The notes: generated by a model from the sequence alone, not told the origin. Positions 1-9,588 are shown, counted from the stretch's first letter. The stretch: 64,000 nt of DNA from Candidatus Latescibacterota bacterium (GCA_965219455.1 OZ244744.1:5216001-5280000), one strand, 5' to 3'. Program-made: numbers and translations.

Positions 1-999
1 CTGAGGCGGTCCGCCTATCCTCGTCCACTGGTGGTACAGTCCAATTTTACGGACATCGTGGTGCCATACGGAATTTCAACGGGCCGGAACATCATCGCAG
101 GGTCCGGAGTTGTGAACCCACTCCGCGCCGACGTCTACCATAGTCTATTTCATCTTCTTCCCCTGGGCGTCCGCGCCAGGCGGATTGTCCTCACCCTGCA
201 TGATCTGATATGGATAAATTTCCCGGATATCGCATACGAAGCCCGATGGCGCGGATGGATGGCGCGCCGTTTCGCGGGCCCATGGATCGGGAAGTCCGTG
301 CGGAAAGCCCATCATGTGATTGCGGTTTCAGAAACGACACGGCAGGACGCACTTGCGCGATATCCGGGCCCACCTTCGAAATTCACCGTGATTCACCACG
401 GAAGCGACGGGTCATCCGGTGAATCCAACCTTACGGGTGCGCTCCCTGAAGTCTGCCGCGGTCGGCGATTCATCTTCTCCCTGGGCAATACAAAGCCGTA
501 CAAGAATATCCGTCGTTTAATCGAGGCTTTCGGCATGGTCGCGAAACAATGTCCGGATTTGTTCCTGCTGATAAGCGGACGAGGCGACGGGTATGCCACC
601 CTGGCCGAACTCACCCGGAACCTTGGGATCACTCGAAACGTCGTATTTACCGAGCAACTGAGCGATGGCGAGGTTCGGGCATGTTTTGAAGAGGCCGTTT
701 TTTTTGTATTTCCATCTGTTGCAGAGGGTTTTGGGCTGCCCGTGATTGAGGCGATGGCCAGCGGATGTCCTGTCTTGACGTCGGATGCCTCATCTCTTTC
801 GGAAATAGCCGGCGATGCGGCGGTCCTCGTGAATCCGATGGATGTCGGGTCGATCGCCAACGGGATGACGCGTATGATACGGGATGAGGCATTGCGAGAA
901 CGCCTCGTGGACATGGGGCGGCGTCAGGCCGCCCGCTACACCTGGCAGGGTTGCGCAAGAAAGACCCTTGAGGTCTATAAAGAGATAATGTCGTTGTAA
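1..999 (+). CDS. Glycosyltransferase family 4 (GT-B), 5'-truncated by window edge
   Basis: Frame is open from base 1. Motifs TLHDL, KPYKNI and FVFPSVAEGFGLPVIEAMASGCPV (EX7E) are typical of GT4. Confidence 0.9.
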   Translation: MRRSAYPRPLVVQSNFTDIVVPYGISTGRNIIAGSGVVNPLRADVYHSLFHLLPLGVRARRIVLTLHDLIWINFPDIAYEARWRGWMARRFAGPWIGKSVRKAHHVIAVSETTRQDALARYPGPPSKFTVIHHGSDGSSGESNLTGALPEVCRGRRFIFSLGNTKPYKNIRRLIEAFGMVAKQCPDLFLLISGRGDGYATLAELTRNLGITRNVVFTEQLSDGEVRACFEEAVFFVFPSVAEGFGLPVIEAMASGCPVLTSDASSLSEIAGDAAVLVNPMDVGSIANGMTRMIRDEALRERLVDMGRRQAARYTWQGCARKTLEVYKEIMSL

Positions 1000-1023
1000 T
1001 TCATGGGGTGGGTAAGTATCGGC

Positions 1024-1851
1024 ATGGTGCACGTCCGGCGGATTTGTTGTTTTGCATGCTTCGCGCTAACCTGGTCGGCAAGCGTCGCCTTTGCAATTGC
1101 AAAGACGGGAGGCGACGGACTGCGGGTGGACATGGGCGCGTGGTTGCAGAGGGATTGGGCGGAATGCAAGACAACAACGAAGTTCCAGTACGCGAACAAT
1201 GCGGTCCGTTTCGTCAGCGAAGGGTCCGCGGCGCTGCTTTGGCAGATACCGACACAATCGGGCCGTCCAATGGCGCTGGATCCGGTACGCCACCCGTGGA
1301 TCGGGCAGTGCAAGCGGCCTCCCCGGCAGTTCGAAAAGACAATCAGAAAGCATGGGTATGACAAACTGATCGATGTGGCGGAGAACCCCTATCTGACCTG
1401 GCGCTGGAAGGTGGATTATTCGACAATCGGCAGGCAGCGGCTGGAAAAGAACGGCAGGTTGAAGAAGCAAGACGACGACTTCAACGCGAAATTGGGGGTT
1501 GCGATCCTGGAGAAGGGCACCAACAACATCCGGGAGATCGCGTACGTCTGGTCCAATACGCTGCCGGAGTCGCTGATGTTCAAGTCGGAGACCACCATTA
1601 TCCCGTTTGTCTGGAAGCTGTCGTGGCGGCGAATCGTCGCGGAGAGCGGGCCGAATCTGATGAAGCAGTGGGTGCCCGAAGTGCGGAATCTTTACGAAGA
1701 CTACAAGAGAGGATACCCGGGGGAGGAACCAGGCAAGGTACTGCGGGTCTATCTGATGACGGATACCGATAATACGAACAGCAGGGCGTCGACGTGGTAT
1801 GCCGATATCGAGTTCCACAAGGAAGCGCCTTGTGTTCCGACCCGGAAATAG
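1024..1851 (+). CDS. DUF3047-like exported protein
   Basis: Signal-peptide-like N-terminus (..FALTWSASVAFA). LTWRWKV, IAYVWS, RNLYEDY and LMTDTDNT..A.TWYADIEF match DUF3047. Start could be 1003. Confidence 0.75.
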   Translation: MVHVRRICCFACFALTWSASVAFAIAKTGGDGLRVDMGAWLQRDWAECKTTTKFQYANNAVRFVSEGSAALLWQIPTQSGRPMALDPVRHPWIGQCKRPPRQFEKTIRKHGYDKLIDVAENPYLTWRWKVDYSTIGRQRLEKNGRLKKQDDDFNAKLGVAILEKGTNNIREIAYVWSNTLPESLMFKSETTIIPFVWKLSWRRIVAESGPNLMKQWVPEVRNLYEDYKRGYPGEEPGKVLRVYLMTDTDNTNSRASTWYADIEFHKEAPCVPTRK

Positions 1852-1881
1852 ATTGCCGAAATTCTCCCGCCGAGTCGCCCG

Positions 1882-1913
1882 GCTGGCATCCTTCGACAGG
1901 CTCAGGAACCAGC
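1882..1913. repeat. REP-like palindrome (ccttcgacaggctcagg core) nested in MITE copy 1
   Basis: gctggcatccttcgacaggctcaggaaccagc forms a stem-loop and is absent from the other two MITE copies. The core resembles a widespread ctgagcctgtcgaagg REP type (recalled, not searched). Confidence 0.6.
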
Positions 1914-1979
1914 GCCCGAGCGAGGCGACCTGCGCAAGGTCGGCGAGCAAAGGCAACGTAGCGAGACGGGATGAATCGG

Positions 1980-2012
1980 CCTGCCTGTGCGGAAGACCTG
2001 CACGCAGACAGG
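1980..2012. repeat. 33-bp palindromic insertion (cctgcctg...cagacagg) nested in MITE copy 1
   Basis: Copy 2 reads gaatcgg|cggatgaatgg. Copy 1 has cctgcctgtgcggaagacctgcacgcagacagg exactly at that junction. Confidence 0.7.
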
Positions 2013-2085
2013 CGGATGAATGGTAACATATTTCTGGGACGGGATACCTGGTAGCGAGGCACTACGAATGCGCTCCGCTGTTCTT

Positions 2086-3402
2086 CTATTCCCGCACGAA
2101 ACGCGGATTGCCGAACCCGTCGTTAATGACGTGGCTTCGCGCGGGTATCTCCGCTTTGTCGGGGATGATCAGGTCGAGTTCGGTGCTGTTTTCGATCACG
2201 GTCCCGTCGCCCACTCGAACCCCCTTGCCCAGGCGAATCTTGCCCGGCCTTCTGTCGCCGCTCAATACAGTGCCGACGACAACCGACGAGGCAATTCGGC
2301 ATTCCGTGTCGGTTTGCACGTAGCCGTAGACCTGGGTATTCGGACCGACGGTCGAGTGATTACCGATTCTGACGGGCCCCAGGAGGGTGGCGTCGGTTCC
2401 AATCTGGACGTGATCTCCGATTTCAGGGTGTCGATGCCTGACCTTGCCGCTGAGACCGCCCATCGTGCAAGGATAGATGTAACAGCCGGAGCCGATCACA
2501 CCTGTCTGCCCGGTTGTCAGCCCCCGGTGCGGATGATCCAGGAAGTTTGCGTCGCCGATCACGGTTTCAGGATGCAGGTCGGCCTGGTAATACCGGCCGC
2601 CAAGTTCCGAAATGGCGCGCGGTAGAAGAGGGACCGGCACCCGTTCAACATCCGGGAGGCCCTCCGCCGGGCCGGACCTCGTGAGGGCGTGGGCAACGTC
2701 GTGATAGAAGAGCACGCGCCAGCCGGGGTAGGTGCTGATGACCAGTTGCATGAGATAATCGAATGCGAAGTCCAGATTCCGCATCTTCAGAAACTCGCGA
2801 TAGGGTTTGAAATCACGGCCGTCGATCGCGCTGTTCAGTACCGGAACGTGGTCCAGGTCCGCCAGCCTGCCCATATTGTTTCGGTGTTTGGCCACGATAT
2901 ACGCATCCCATACCGCCGGATCCTTGAGCGAAGCGAATCGGTTCCACAACGCGCGGCTCTTGAGGTGTGGCAGGTCCGCCAGGAGTGAAAAAGTGGCTTC
3001 CAGGGCCGGCGTTTCAATATCTCTGCCGTTTCCTTCCGCGGCCAGGAACGACTGAGCGATCATCGCATAGATCTGGTCGGCGATCTCTCCGATTTCATCT
3101 TCGAGACTTTCGGACGGTCCCGCTGCCTGGACGTTATGTGAACCGGGGGCCACGCATTCGAGCAGGTTACCCAGAACGGTTTCGAGGATGTCCCGGTTGA
3201 CAAAGCCTCGCCCCGAGGGACGCGAGAGCAGGACCCTGCTGATGGAATCGATGCGAATGACCTCGCGTTCTTCCGTTGAGTATATAGGGTATAGCCGCTC
3301 CAATACCTGTTTTAGCAACGGGTTCTTGCGTTTTTCGTATGACGCGTCGAATAGCGTTCTGTCGCCCATGGATCTGACCGAACTCCCTGTTTTGGCCTTC
3401 AT
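2086..3402 (-). CDS. Serine O-acetyltransferase-like (CysE/EpsC-type left-handed beta-helix) protein with long N-terminal extension
   Basis: YPG, VPLLPR, DLHP, LDH and RHP.IGD motifs plus hexapeptide repeats. Start uncertain (3450, 3402 or 3369). Confidence 0.7.
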   Translation of the reverse strand: MKAKTGSSVRSMGDRTLFDASYEKRKNPLLKQVLERLYPIYSTEEREVIRIDSISRVLLSRPSGRGFVNRDILETVLGNLLECVAPGSHNVQAAGPSESLEDEIGEIADQIYAMIAQSFLAAEGNGRDIETPALEATFSLLADLPHLKSRALWNRFASLKDPAVWDAYIVAKHRNNMGRLADLDHVPVLNSAIDGRDFKPYREFLKMRNLDFAFDYLMQLVISTYPGWRVLFYHDVAHALTRSGPAEGLPDVERVPVPLLPRAISELGGRYYQADLHPETVIGDANFLDHPHRGLTTGQTGVIGSGCYIYPCTMGGLSGKVRHRHPEIGDHVQIGTDATLLGPVRIGNHSTVGPNTQVYGYVQTDTECRIASSVVVGTVLSGDRRPGKIRLGKGVRVGDGTVIENSTELDLIIPDKAEIPARSHVINDGFGNPRFVRE

Positions 3403-3479
3403 TTCCGTTGGGTGATCTGCTGTTGGGGGCCCGAAACGCAAGGTCTTCACGGAACTGTCGGGGAGGTGTCAATCGAAGT

Positions 3480-4553
3480 TCAGCGTGGTGCCGACGCCTC
3501 GCGCTCCGCGAGGCGCTGGTCGGCCTCAACCATTTCTTGAACCAGATCTCTGAAGCTGGTCTCCGGGCGCCAGCCGAGTCTGCTGCGCGCTTTCGACGCA
3601 TCTCCCAGAAGTGAATGCGCTTCGGTCGGCCGGAAATACCGTCGGTCGATGCGCACAACCGCCCTTCCCGTGGCCGAATTGATCGCGACTTCGTCGGCGC
3701 CTTGCCCGCGCCACTCCAACTCCAGACCCAGATATTCGGCAGCATGGTTCACAAATGCGCGGACCGAATGCTGGTGCCCTGATGCGATGACGTAATCGTC
3801 AGGCCCCGCCTGCTGGAGCATCAGCCATTGGGCGCGGACATAGTCCCGGGCGTGACCCCAATCTCTCATCGCGTCGAGATTGCCCAGGTACAGGCATTCG
3901 TCCAATCCGACTTTCACGCGGGCCAGCCGCCGGGTGATTTTCCGGGTCACGAACGTCTCGCCGCGGACGGGGGACTCGTGGTTGAACAGAATGCCGTTAC
4001 AGGCGAAAATTCCGTATGCCTCGCGGTAATTCACCGTGATCCAGTAGGCGTACACCTTGGCTGCGGCGTACGGCGATCGGGGATAGAACGGCGTCGATTC
4101 CCTCTGGGGTGTCTCGGTTGCCTTGCCGAACATTTCCGAACTGGACGCCTGGTAGAAGCGAGTTCGATCCGTAAGACCGCAAATGCGGATGGCTTCGAGC
4201 AGATGGAGCACCCCCAACGCCGCCACCTTCGCCGTGTATTCGGGCGTCTCGAAGGACACCGCCACGTGACTCTGCGCACCCAGGTTGTAGATTTCGTCGG
4301 GTCGTACTTCCTGAACGATCCGAATCAGATTGGCCGTATCCGTGAGGTCTCCATAGTGCAGAATCATGCGCCGGTCGGGATCTTGGGGGTCGGCGAAGAG
4401 ATGATCGATCCGATCCGTATTGAACAGGGAGGCGCGACGGATGATGCCGTGCACGACGTACCCTTTTCCAATTAGATACTCCGCGAGATAGGAACCGTCC
4501 TGGCCGGTGATTCCGGTTATCAGAGCGGTTTTTTCGGGTGTGTCAGACGGCAA
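3480..4553 (-). CDS. gmd: GDP-mannose 4,6-dehydratase
   Basis: [66 protein letters not shown]. Confidence 0.97.
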   Translation of the reverse strand: MPSDTPEKTALITGITGQDGSYLAEYLIGKGYVVHGIIRRASLFNTDRIDHLFADPQDPDRRMILHYGDLTDTANLIRIVQEVRPDEIYNLGAQSHVAVSFETPEYTAKVAALGVLHLLEAIRICGLTDRTRFYQASSSEMFGKATETPQRESTPFYPRSPYAAAKVYAYWITVNYREAYGIFACNGILFNHESPVRGETFVTRKITRRLARVKVGLDECLYLGNLDAMRDWGHARDYVRAQWLMLQQAGPDDYVIASGHQHSVRAFVNHAAEYLGLELEWRGQGADEVAINSATGRAVVRIDRRYFRPTEAHSLLGDASKARSRLGWRPETSFRDLVQEMVEADQRLAEREASAPR

Positions 4554-4705
4554 GGAAGCCTCGTCGAAAGAGGGTTCCGAATCGCGCTTGGACTGAGGGA
4601 TATAGGTATTTGTTTTCCATCATGTTAAAGACAGACAGTTTTGAAGCAGACGGCTCTGGCGAAACGAGGTTGTAAAGTACCGGCCACACCACGATGGCAA
4701 ACCCA

Positions 4706-4734
4706 ACAATAGGGATTTCATTCATTCTTGTCAA
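4706..4734 (-). promoter_or_regulatory. Putative sigma70 promoter for gmd
   Basis: On the minus strand, TTGACA-N17-TATTGT. Confidence 0.55.
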
Positions 4735-4776
4735 GAGATACCGGGCCAACGAAGGGCTTCTTGGGTGGGAATTCGC

Positions 4777-4805
4777 TTGACGGTGAATCCGTTTTCTTCT
4801 ATTAT
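4777..4805 (+). promoter_or_regulatory. Putative sigma70 promoter for the nucleoside transporter
   Basis: TTGACG-N17-TATTAT. Confidence 0.55.
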
Positions 4806-4893
4806 TGGCGCCGGGCTGAAAGGTGGCGATACAACCGGATTTTCAGGCAGACGTGGTGCGCCGAAGCCCCGTTCCGCATTAAGGAGACCAGTC

Positions 4894-6150
4894 TTGACGG
4901 TGCTACACAGCGCCATAGGGTATGTTGTCCTTCTGGCCATTGCCTGGTTACTGGGTCGGCGCACGAGGCGAATCCCTTGGAAGACCGTCGCCGTGGCCAG
5001 TGGCCTGCAGTTGCTGCTGACCGGTATCCTCGTTAAGACGGGCCTGCGACATTACGTCTTCGGCGTCGTCGGCGCCCTCACGGACATGCTTCGCACAACC
5101 GCGCTGAAGGCCAACGAATCGCTGCTTTTCTCGGGATTATCGAATCCCGAATTCACCGGCAGATACGGCCCCGTCGTGGCGCTGGAAATCGCCGCGATAC
5201 TGATCTTTGTGGCCTCGGTTTCGCGGATGCTCTACCACTATAGAATACTACCCTGGGTGATTGGTCGGCTGAGTGCTGTCATGCAGAAGTCCCTTGGGCT
5301 CAGCTCGGCAGAAAGCGTCGGATGCGCCGGCAACGTTTTTCTGGGGATGACGGAATCTCCACTGCTCATAAGACCCTACGTGAGCCGCATGACCGAGAGC
5401 GAGTTGTTCTGTCTGATGACCGTGGGCATGGCGACGATCGCCGGTACGGTGATGGTGATTTACGCGACCATTCTGGGTACGGCCCATCCGGACATTGCGG
5501 GCCATCTGTTCACCGCTTCGCTGATCAGCGCCCCTGCGGCGATTGCGGTGGCCAAACTGATGATCCCGGAGACCGGCGAGCCCGACACTTCACGCAGTCA
5601 GGTGGAACTCCCTCGAGACGACGCGTTGAACGGTCTCGATGCAGCGGCTCGTGGCGCCGCCGAGGGCATGCATCTGGTAATCAACATCCTCGCCATGCTT
5701 GTCGCTTTTATCGGCCTCGTCGCGCTGGCAAACCTCGTTATCGGCAAGATTGACGTTCTGGTCAACGTGGAGTCCAGCGGCTGGAGCCTTCAGGCGGCCG
5801 CGGGCAGTGTGTTTCGCCCGTTCGTCTGGCTTATGGGAATTAGTTGGGCCGAAGCTGGCACCGTTGGCGGACTGATGGGTCTGAAGACGATTCTTAACGA
5901 ATTCGTGGCCTATCTGGATCTGGCGCGGCTGATGAGCGGGCCCGAGCCGCTCAATCAACGGGCTTTTGTGATCACGGCGTATGCCCTGTGCGGATTTGCC
6001 AACTTCGGATCCGTGGCGATCATGATTGGCGGCATTGGCGGGATCGCCCCCGACAGGCGCGGCGACTTGGCCCGCCTGGGGCTCCGATCCCTGGCGGGCG
6101 GAACGCTGGCGACCATGCTCACCGGTTGTATGATCGGTCTGTATTCGTAA
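4894..6150 (+). CDS. nupC: Concentrative nucleoside transporter (CNT/NupC family)
   Basis: NVFLGMTESPLLIRPY, GMATIAG, ILNEFVAY, YALCGFANFGS. TTG start 7 nt after AAGGAG. Confidence 0.9.
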   Translation: MTVLHSAIGYVVLLAIAWLLGRRTRRIPWKTVAVASGLQLLLTGILVKTGLRHYVFGVVGALTDMLRTTALKANESLLFSGLSNPEFTGRYGPVVALEIAAILIFVASVSRMLYHYRILPWVIGRLSAVMQKSLGLSSAESVGCAGNVFLGMTESPLLIRPYVSRMTESELFCLMTVGMATIAGTVMVIYATILGTAHPDIAGHLFTASLISAPAAIAVAKLMIPETGEPDTSRSQVELPRDDALNGLDAAARGAAEGMHLVINILAMLVAFIGLVALANLVIGKIDVLVNVESSGWSLQAAAGSVFRPFVWLMGISWAEAGTVGGLMGLKTILNEFVAYLDLARLMSGPEPLNQRAFVITAYALCGFANFGSVAIMIGGIGGIAPDRRGDLARLGLRSLAGGTLATMLTGCMIGLYS

Positions 6151-6298
6151 ACAGGCGCACCCGGTGCCCAGGGGGATCCGTGGAATCCGGCGACCCCGAC
6201 TGTTGAATCCCGGGTCTTCAGCGAGTTATTGAGGAACGCCGAAACCACCATTTCGCTGTACGGCTCACACGTTTCCAAAAATCACCCAGGAGGAAGTT

Positions 6299-6721
6299 TT
6301 GTACCTTAATACCTATTTGACCTTCCATAATCAGTGTCGGCCGGCGTTTGAGTTTTACCGCTCTGTGTTCGGGGGAGACTTTCTGTTCATCCAGACCTTT
6401 GGAGACGGACCTCCCGATATGGAAGTACCGGTGGACGAACGCGATTTGGTCATGCACGTGTCGCTGCCGATCGGATCCAGCGTGCTCATGGGAAGCGACA
6501 CCTGCTCGACATTCGGTCCTCCGCCTCAAGTGGGCAGCAATTTTTCCATAACAATCAGCCCTGACGGCAGGGAGGACGCCGACCGGTTACTTGCAGGGCT
6601 CTCGGAGGGCGGCAAAACGGTGATGCCGATGGCAGATGCGTTCTGGGGGGCCTATTTCGGTATGTGTGTCGATAAGTTCGGCATCAGGTGGCAGGTCGAT
6701 TTCGAATATCCTGAAGACTGA
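6299..6721 (+). CDS. VOC family protein (PhnB/YjdN-like)
   Basis: YLTF...A.EFY.SVFGG, VMH..L, LMGSD, MPM...FWGAYFG...DKFGI.W. AGGAGG RBS before a TTG start. Confidence 0.88.
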   Translation: MYLNTYLTFHNQCRPAFEFYRSVFGGDFLFIQTFGDGPPDMEVPVDERDLVMHVSLPIGSSVLMGSDTCSTFGPPPQVGSNFSITISPDGREDADRLLAGLSEGGKTVMPMADAFWGAYFGMCVDKFGIRWQVDFEYPED

Positions 6722-6870
6722 GGCCCGGACCGTACCGGCGTGTCCCCATATATTGACCGCGATCGCCGATGGCCTGTGCTGGTGTAACCACTTGTTCGTA
6801 CCGGAACGCTGGCCGCGATTGCCTGGAGAGACGACGCTGAAGGCGCTCGAAGTATTTGACAAATAGGGAA

Positions 6871-7566
6871 ATGATGACGCTCGACGAAACACTCTCACAG
6901 CTGGAAGAACTGGGTACTTCCCAGAACCGTAAGGTCTACGCGCGCCATGGCGTCAACCCTCCGATGTACGGCGTCAGCTATGCCAACCTGAACAGGATGG
7001 TTCGGAAGATCAAGCGGGATCATCCACTGGCCGAGGCGTTGTGGGCAACGGGCAACCACGACGCCAGGACGCTGGCCGCGCGTGTGGCCGACCCCTCGAG
7101 GATGAACGCGGCCCAACTCGACGTCTGGGCGCGCGATATCGACAACTCGATCCTGGCAGGGGAGTTGGGCGCTCTGGCAAGCGCCGCAAAGACGGGTTTG
7201 GCCCGCTTCAAAAAGTGGACATCCAGGCGAGGAGAGTGGGTTGCCACAGCCGGCTGGAACACGCTCACGGAAATGGTCCTGAAGGATCACAAGGATATCA
7301 GCGAGGCGTTCCTGGATACGTGTCTGGATCGAATCCAGACGCAGATCCACAGCCAGCCGAACCGCGTTCGCTATGCGATGAACAACGCGTTGATCGCGAT
7401 AGGAACTTACAACGCGATCTATCGCGACCGTGCGATTGCAGTCGCGGAGCGGATCGGCCGTGTGGAGGTCGACCACGGAGAAACAAACTGCAAGACGCCC
7501 GCCGCCGCCGATTATATACCCAGGTCCTATGCCTGGAAAGAGAAAAAGAGGAAGAAGGGACGATAA
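6871..7566 (+). CDS. DNA alkylation repair protein (AlkD-like, HEAT-repeat)
   Basis: YGV..ANL, LA.ALWATGNHDARTLA, VRYAMNNALIAIG, IG.V.VDHGET.CKTP.A..YI. Confidence 0.85.
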   Translation: MMTLDETLSQLEELGTSQNRKVYARHGVNPPMYGVSYANLNRMVRKIKRDHPLAEALWATGNHDARTLAARVADPSRMNAAQLDVWARDIDNSILAGELGALASAAKTGLARFKKWTSRRGEWVATAGWNTLTEMVLKDHKDISEAFLDTCLDRIQTQIHSQPNRVRYAMNNALIAIGTYNAIYRDRAIAVAERIGRVEVDHGETNCKTPAAADYIPRSYAWKEKKRKKGR

Positions 7567-7588
7567 ACAATCGTCCCTTCTTCCTCTT
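7546..7588. repeat. Perfect 19-bp inverted repeat spanning the alkD-like stop codon
   Basis: aagaggaagaagggacgat-aaaca-atcgtcccttcttcctctt. Confidence 0.8.
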
Positions 7589-7610
7589 CCATATCAGGCT
7601 GTACGATCGG

Positions 7611-7637
7611 AAAGCCGGGCCACGGGCCCGGCTTTTT
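7611..7637. terminator. Probable bidirectional intrinsic terminator between convergent genes
   Basis: aaagccgggcc-acg-ggcccggcttttt: GC stem flanked by A and T tracts. Confidence 0.8.
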
Positions 7638-8029
7638 CAGTCGTTTTCGATCGGCTGGTGGAAATAATAACAGAGTCCGTCCGGAGCGACGACGAAAAAC
7701 ACCTGAAACTTCCGCCCGTCGCGTTCGTCGACGCGCCAGTCTCCGATGCCGATTTCCCTGGCTTCCAGCTCCCGCCTCGCTCTGTGAATATCGGACACCA
7801 GAATTGCCGCGCCTTCATGTCCCGGATCGCCGCCATTGACGGCGAATCCGATCCGGACGCCGTCCCGTTCGAGCACGACTGTCGGAACCGGATCACTATG
7901 TCGATTTACTTCGTTGAACCCGAACGCGTTACAATACCACGTTGAAGCTCTGTCGATGTCTTCAACCGGAAGCGCCAGTACGTCGTCGGCATAGGGGTAT
8001 GCGGCTTCAAACAGCCTCGTCGAACCCAT
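7637..8029 (-). CDS. VOC/glyoxalase family protein
   Basis: LPV.DI.RA..WY...FGF and VF.V.APDG.CYYF. AAGGAG RBS 8 nt before ATG 8029. Confidence 0.8.
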   Translation of the reverse strand: MGSTRLFEAAYPYADDVLALPVEDIDRASTWYCNAFGFNEVNRHSDPVPTVVLERDGVRIGFAVNGGDPGHEGAAILVSDIHRARRELEAREIGIGDWRVDERDGRKFQVFFVVAPDGLCYYFHQPIEND

Positions 8030-8149
8030 GTCTTTATCTCCTTTTTTCACGGTACGGAGTTTTGAAAAGACGGCCCGCCCCCGGTTCGGTTGCCGGTTCG
8101 TACCGGCGCCGAGAGGTGCGTTGCAATCACGCGCCGTGTTGCCGCCGCC

Positions 8150-9397
8150 TCAGACCACGCCGTTCAACGCAAATTCGAAAATGTGGTAATTCATCAGTTG
8201 TTCCGACGCAGCGCGCGCCAGGTATTCCCCTTTGAGCGGGCGGTTGAGGATGAAAGGCACCTCCCGCTCCGAGAGGCCGCCGTGTGAACGCAGGCGCTCT
8301 CCGTGCAGACCTTCAAGGTCGTGATCGCCCGGCGTCATGCCGACACAGAACGCGTCAGCGGCGATCACGACCACGTCGCCCTCCACATCCACGGGAAGAT
8401 TGAAACGGGCCGCCGCGTCTGCGCGCTCTATGACTGCTTCGATCCCTTCGATCGATTCCATATAGCGAATTGCGTCGCTGACCTTCATGGCGTCGAAGCA
8501 GTACACCCGGACAAGACCCCCCAAAGCGCCATGATGCCCCACGAAAGCGTCGGTGATCGGACAGATGACACGCGTTTTTTTCGGACCGAAACGCCTGTCA
8601 AGCAGATCCTGAAGATAGATGATATTGTAGGTTCCGTCCGGGGCGCATTTGTCTTTCATGCCGTGATCGGCCACCAGAGCCACGGTCGCACCCAGGCGGT
8701 CGAGTTCCGCGCACCGACGGTCGAGCGATCGATAGAAATCCAGGGCCGCCGGATGATCCGGTGGGTACTTGTGCTGGACGTAATCCGTGAGCGACAGGTA
8801 CGCCAGTCGCGGTCGGCTGTCTCTTTCGAGAAACCGGATGCCGGCATCGAGCACGAACAGCGACAGCGTATCGGAGTACATGTCGGGCAATGGCCGGCCG
8901 ACCCAGCCGAGCGCATCGTGAATACCGTTCTCCTTGCGCGTGCAGCGGTCTGCGCATTGGGAAGAGAAACAGACGTTGCCACTGCCCACATCCATTCCCC
9001 TGCCGAGTTGTCTACGGAGTTTGTCCTTGGCGGTGATGACGGCAGTTTCGATGCCGGCCTTGGAAACGACGTCGAAGATCGTACGTGAACGCATCATCTC
9101 CGGGCCCGTCATGGGAACGGTCTCGCCGGTCCGCCGGTCCAGGTAGAAATTGCCCGAGATCCCGTGCACGTCGGGCGGGGCGCCCGTGGCGATGGAGAGG
9201 TTATTGGGACACGTAAAGCTCGGAATGACGCAGTGGGCGGTGTCGTTGTACCCGGCTTCCATGAAATGCGCAATCGTGGGAATCGCACCGGCTTTCCGCG
9301 CCGCCCTAAAGTACTCCGGGTCGCCACCGTCGACACAGACGACAACGACGGAAACTTCGGGAAGGCGATAATTAACGCCGTTGAGTTCGATTTTCAT
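8150..9397 (-). CDS. phnA: Phosphonoacetate hydrolase (alkaline phosphatase superfamily)
   Basis: VVVCVDG..PEY, PSFT(C)PNNLSIATG, YLSLTDYVQHKY, ADHGM, PITD..V.HHGALG, LRSHGG.SE..VP. The ORF track's 9739 start is over-extended. Confidence 0.9.
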   Translation of the reverse strand: MKIELNGVNYRLPEVSVVVVCVDGGDPEYFRAARKAGAIPTIAHFMEAGYNDTAHCVIPSFTCPNNLSIATGAPPDVHGISGNFYLDRRTGETVPMTGPEMMRSRTIFDVVSKAGIETAVITAKDKLRRQLGRGMDVGSGNVCFSSQCADRCTRKENGIHDALGWVGRPLPDMYSDTLSLFVLDAGIRFLERDSRPRLAYLSLTDYVQHKYPPDHPAALDFYRSLDRRCAELDRLGATVALVADHGMKDKCAPDGTYNIIYLQDLLDRRFGPKKTRVICPITDAFVGHHGALGGLVRVYCFDAMKVSDAIRYMESIEGIEAVIERADAAARFNLPVDVEGDVVVIAADAFCVGMTPGDHDLEGLHGERLRSHGGLSEREVPFILNRPLKGEYLARAASEQLMNYHIFEFALNGVV

Positions 9398-9588
9398 CCT
9401 GCTCGGGCAAGAAATGGTGACGCCGTCGGCTGCACCGTTAAACGCGGACTCAACCCCGGTGCTCCGTCTTGTTTCCGTATTCCTCTTCGAGGGCGACCCG
9501 GGACGCAGACCGGCGACGGGACGATGCAGTGGTCGAAGACGAGCCCTTCGGCTGCCAGGCGGGGCAACTTCAAGGGGCACGGTTCCGG

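Larger units (their letters stand above)
1832..2047. mobile_element. MITE-like dispersed repeat, copy 1 (216 bp, with nested hairpin insertions)
   Basis: Imperfect 19-bp terminal inverted repeats gtgttccgacccggaaata / tatttctgggacgggatac. Internal blocks are shared with copies at 56683 and 58644. Confidence 0.75.

Noticed and set aside
4695-4720. c-di-GMP-I-like ggcaaaccc...ggga
   Set aside because: It lacks the GAAA tetraloop and the GCAAAG segment, and it overlaps the likely gmd -10 element.
6299-6721. PhnB-like gene as part of a phosphonate pathway with phnA
   Set aside because: PhnB/YjdN VOC proteins have no established role in C-P cleavage, and the gene is on the opposite strand in a separate unit.
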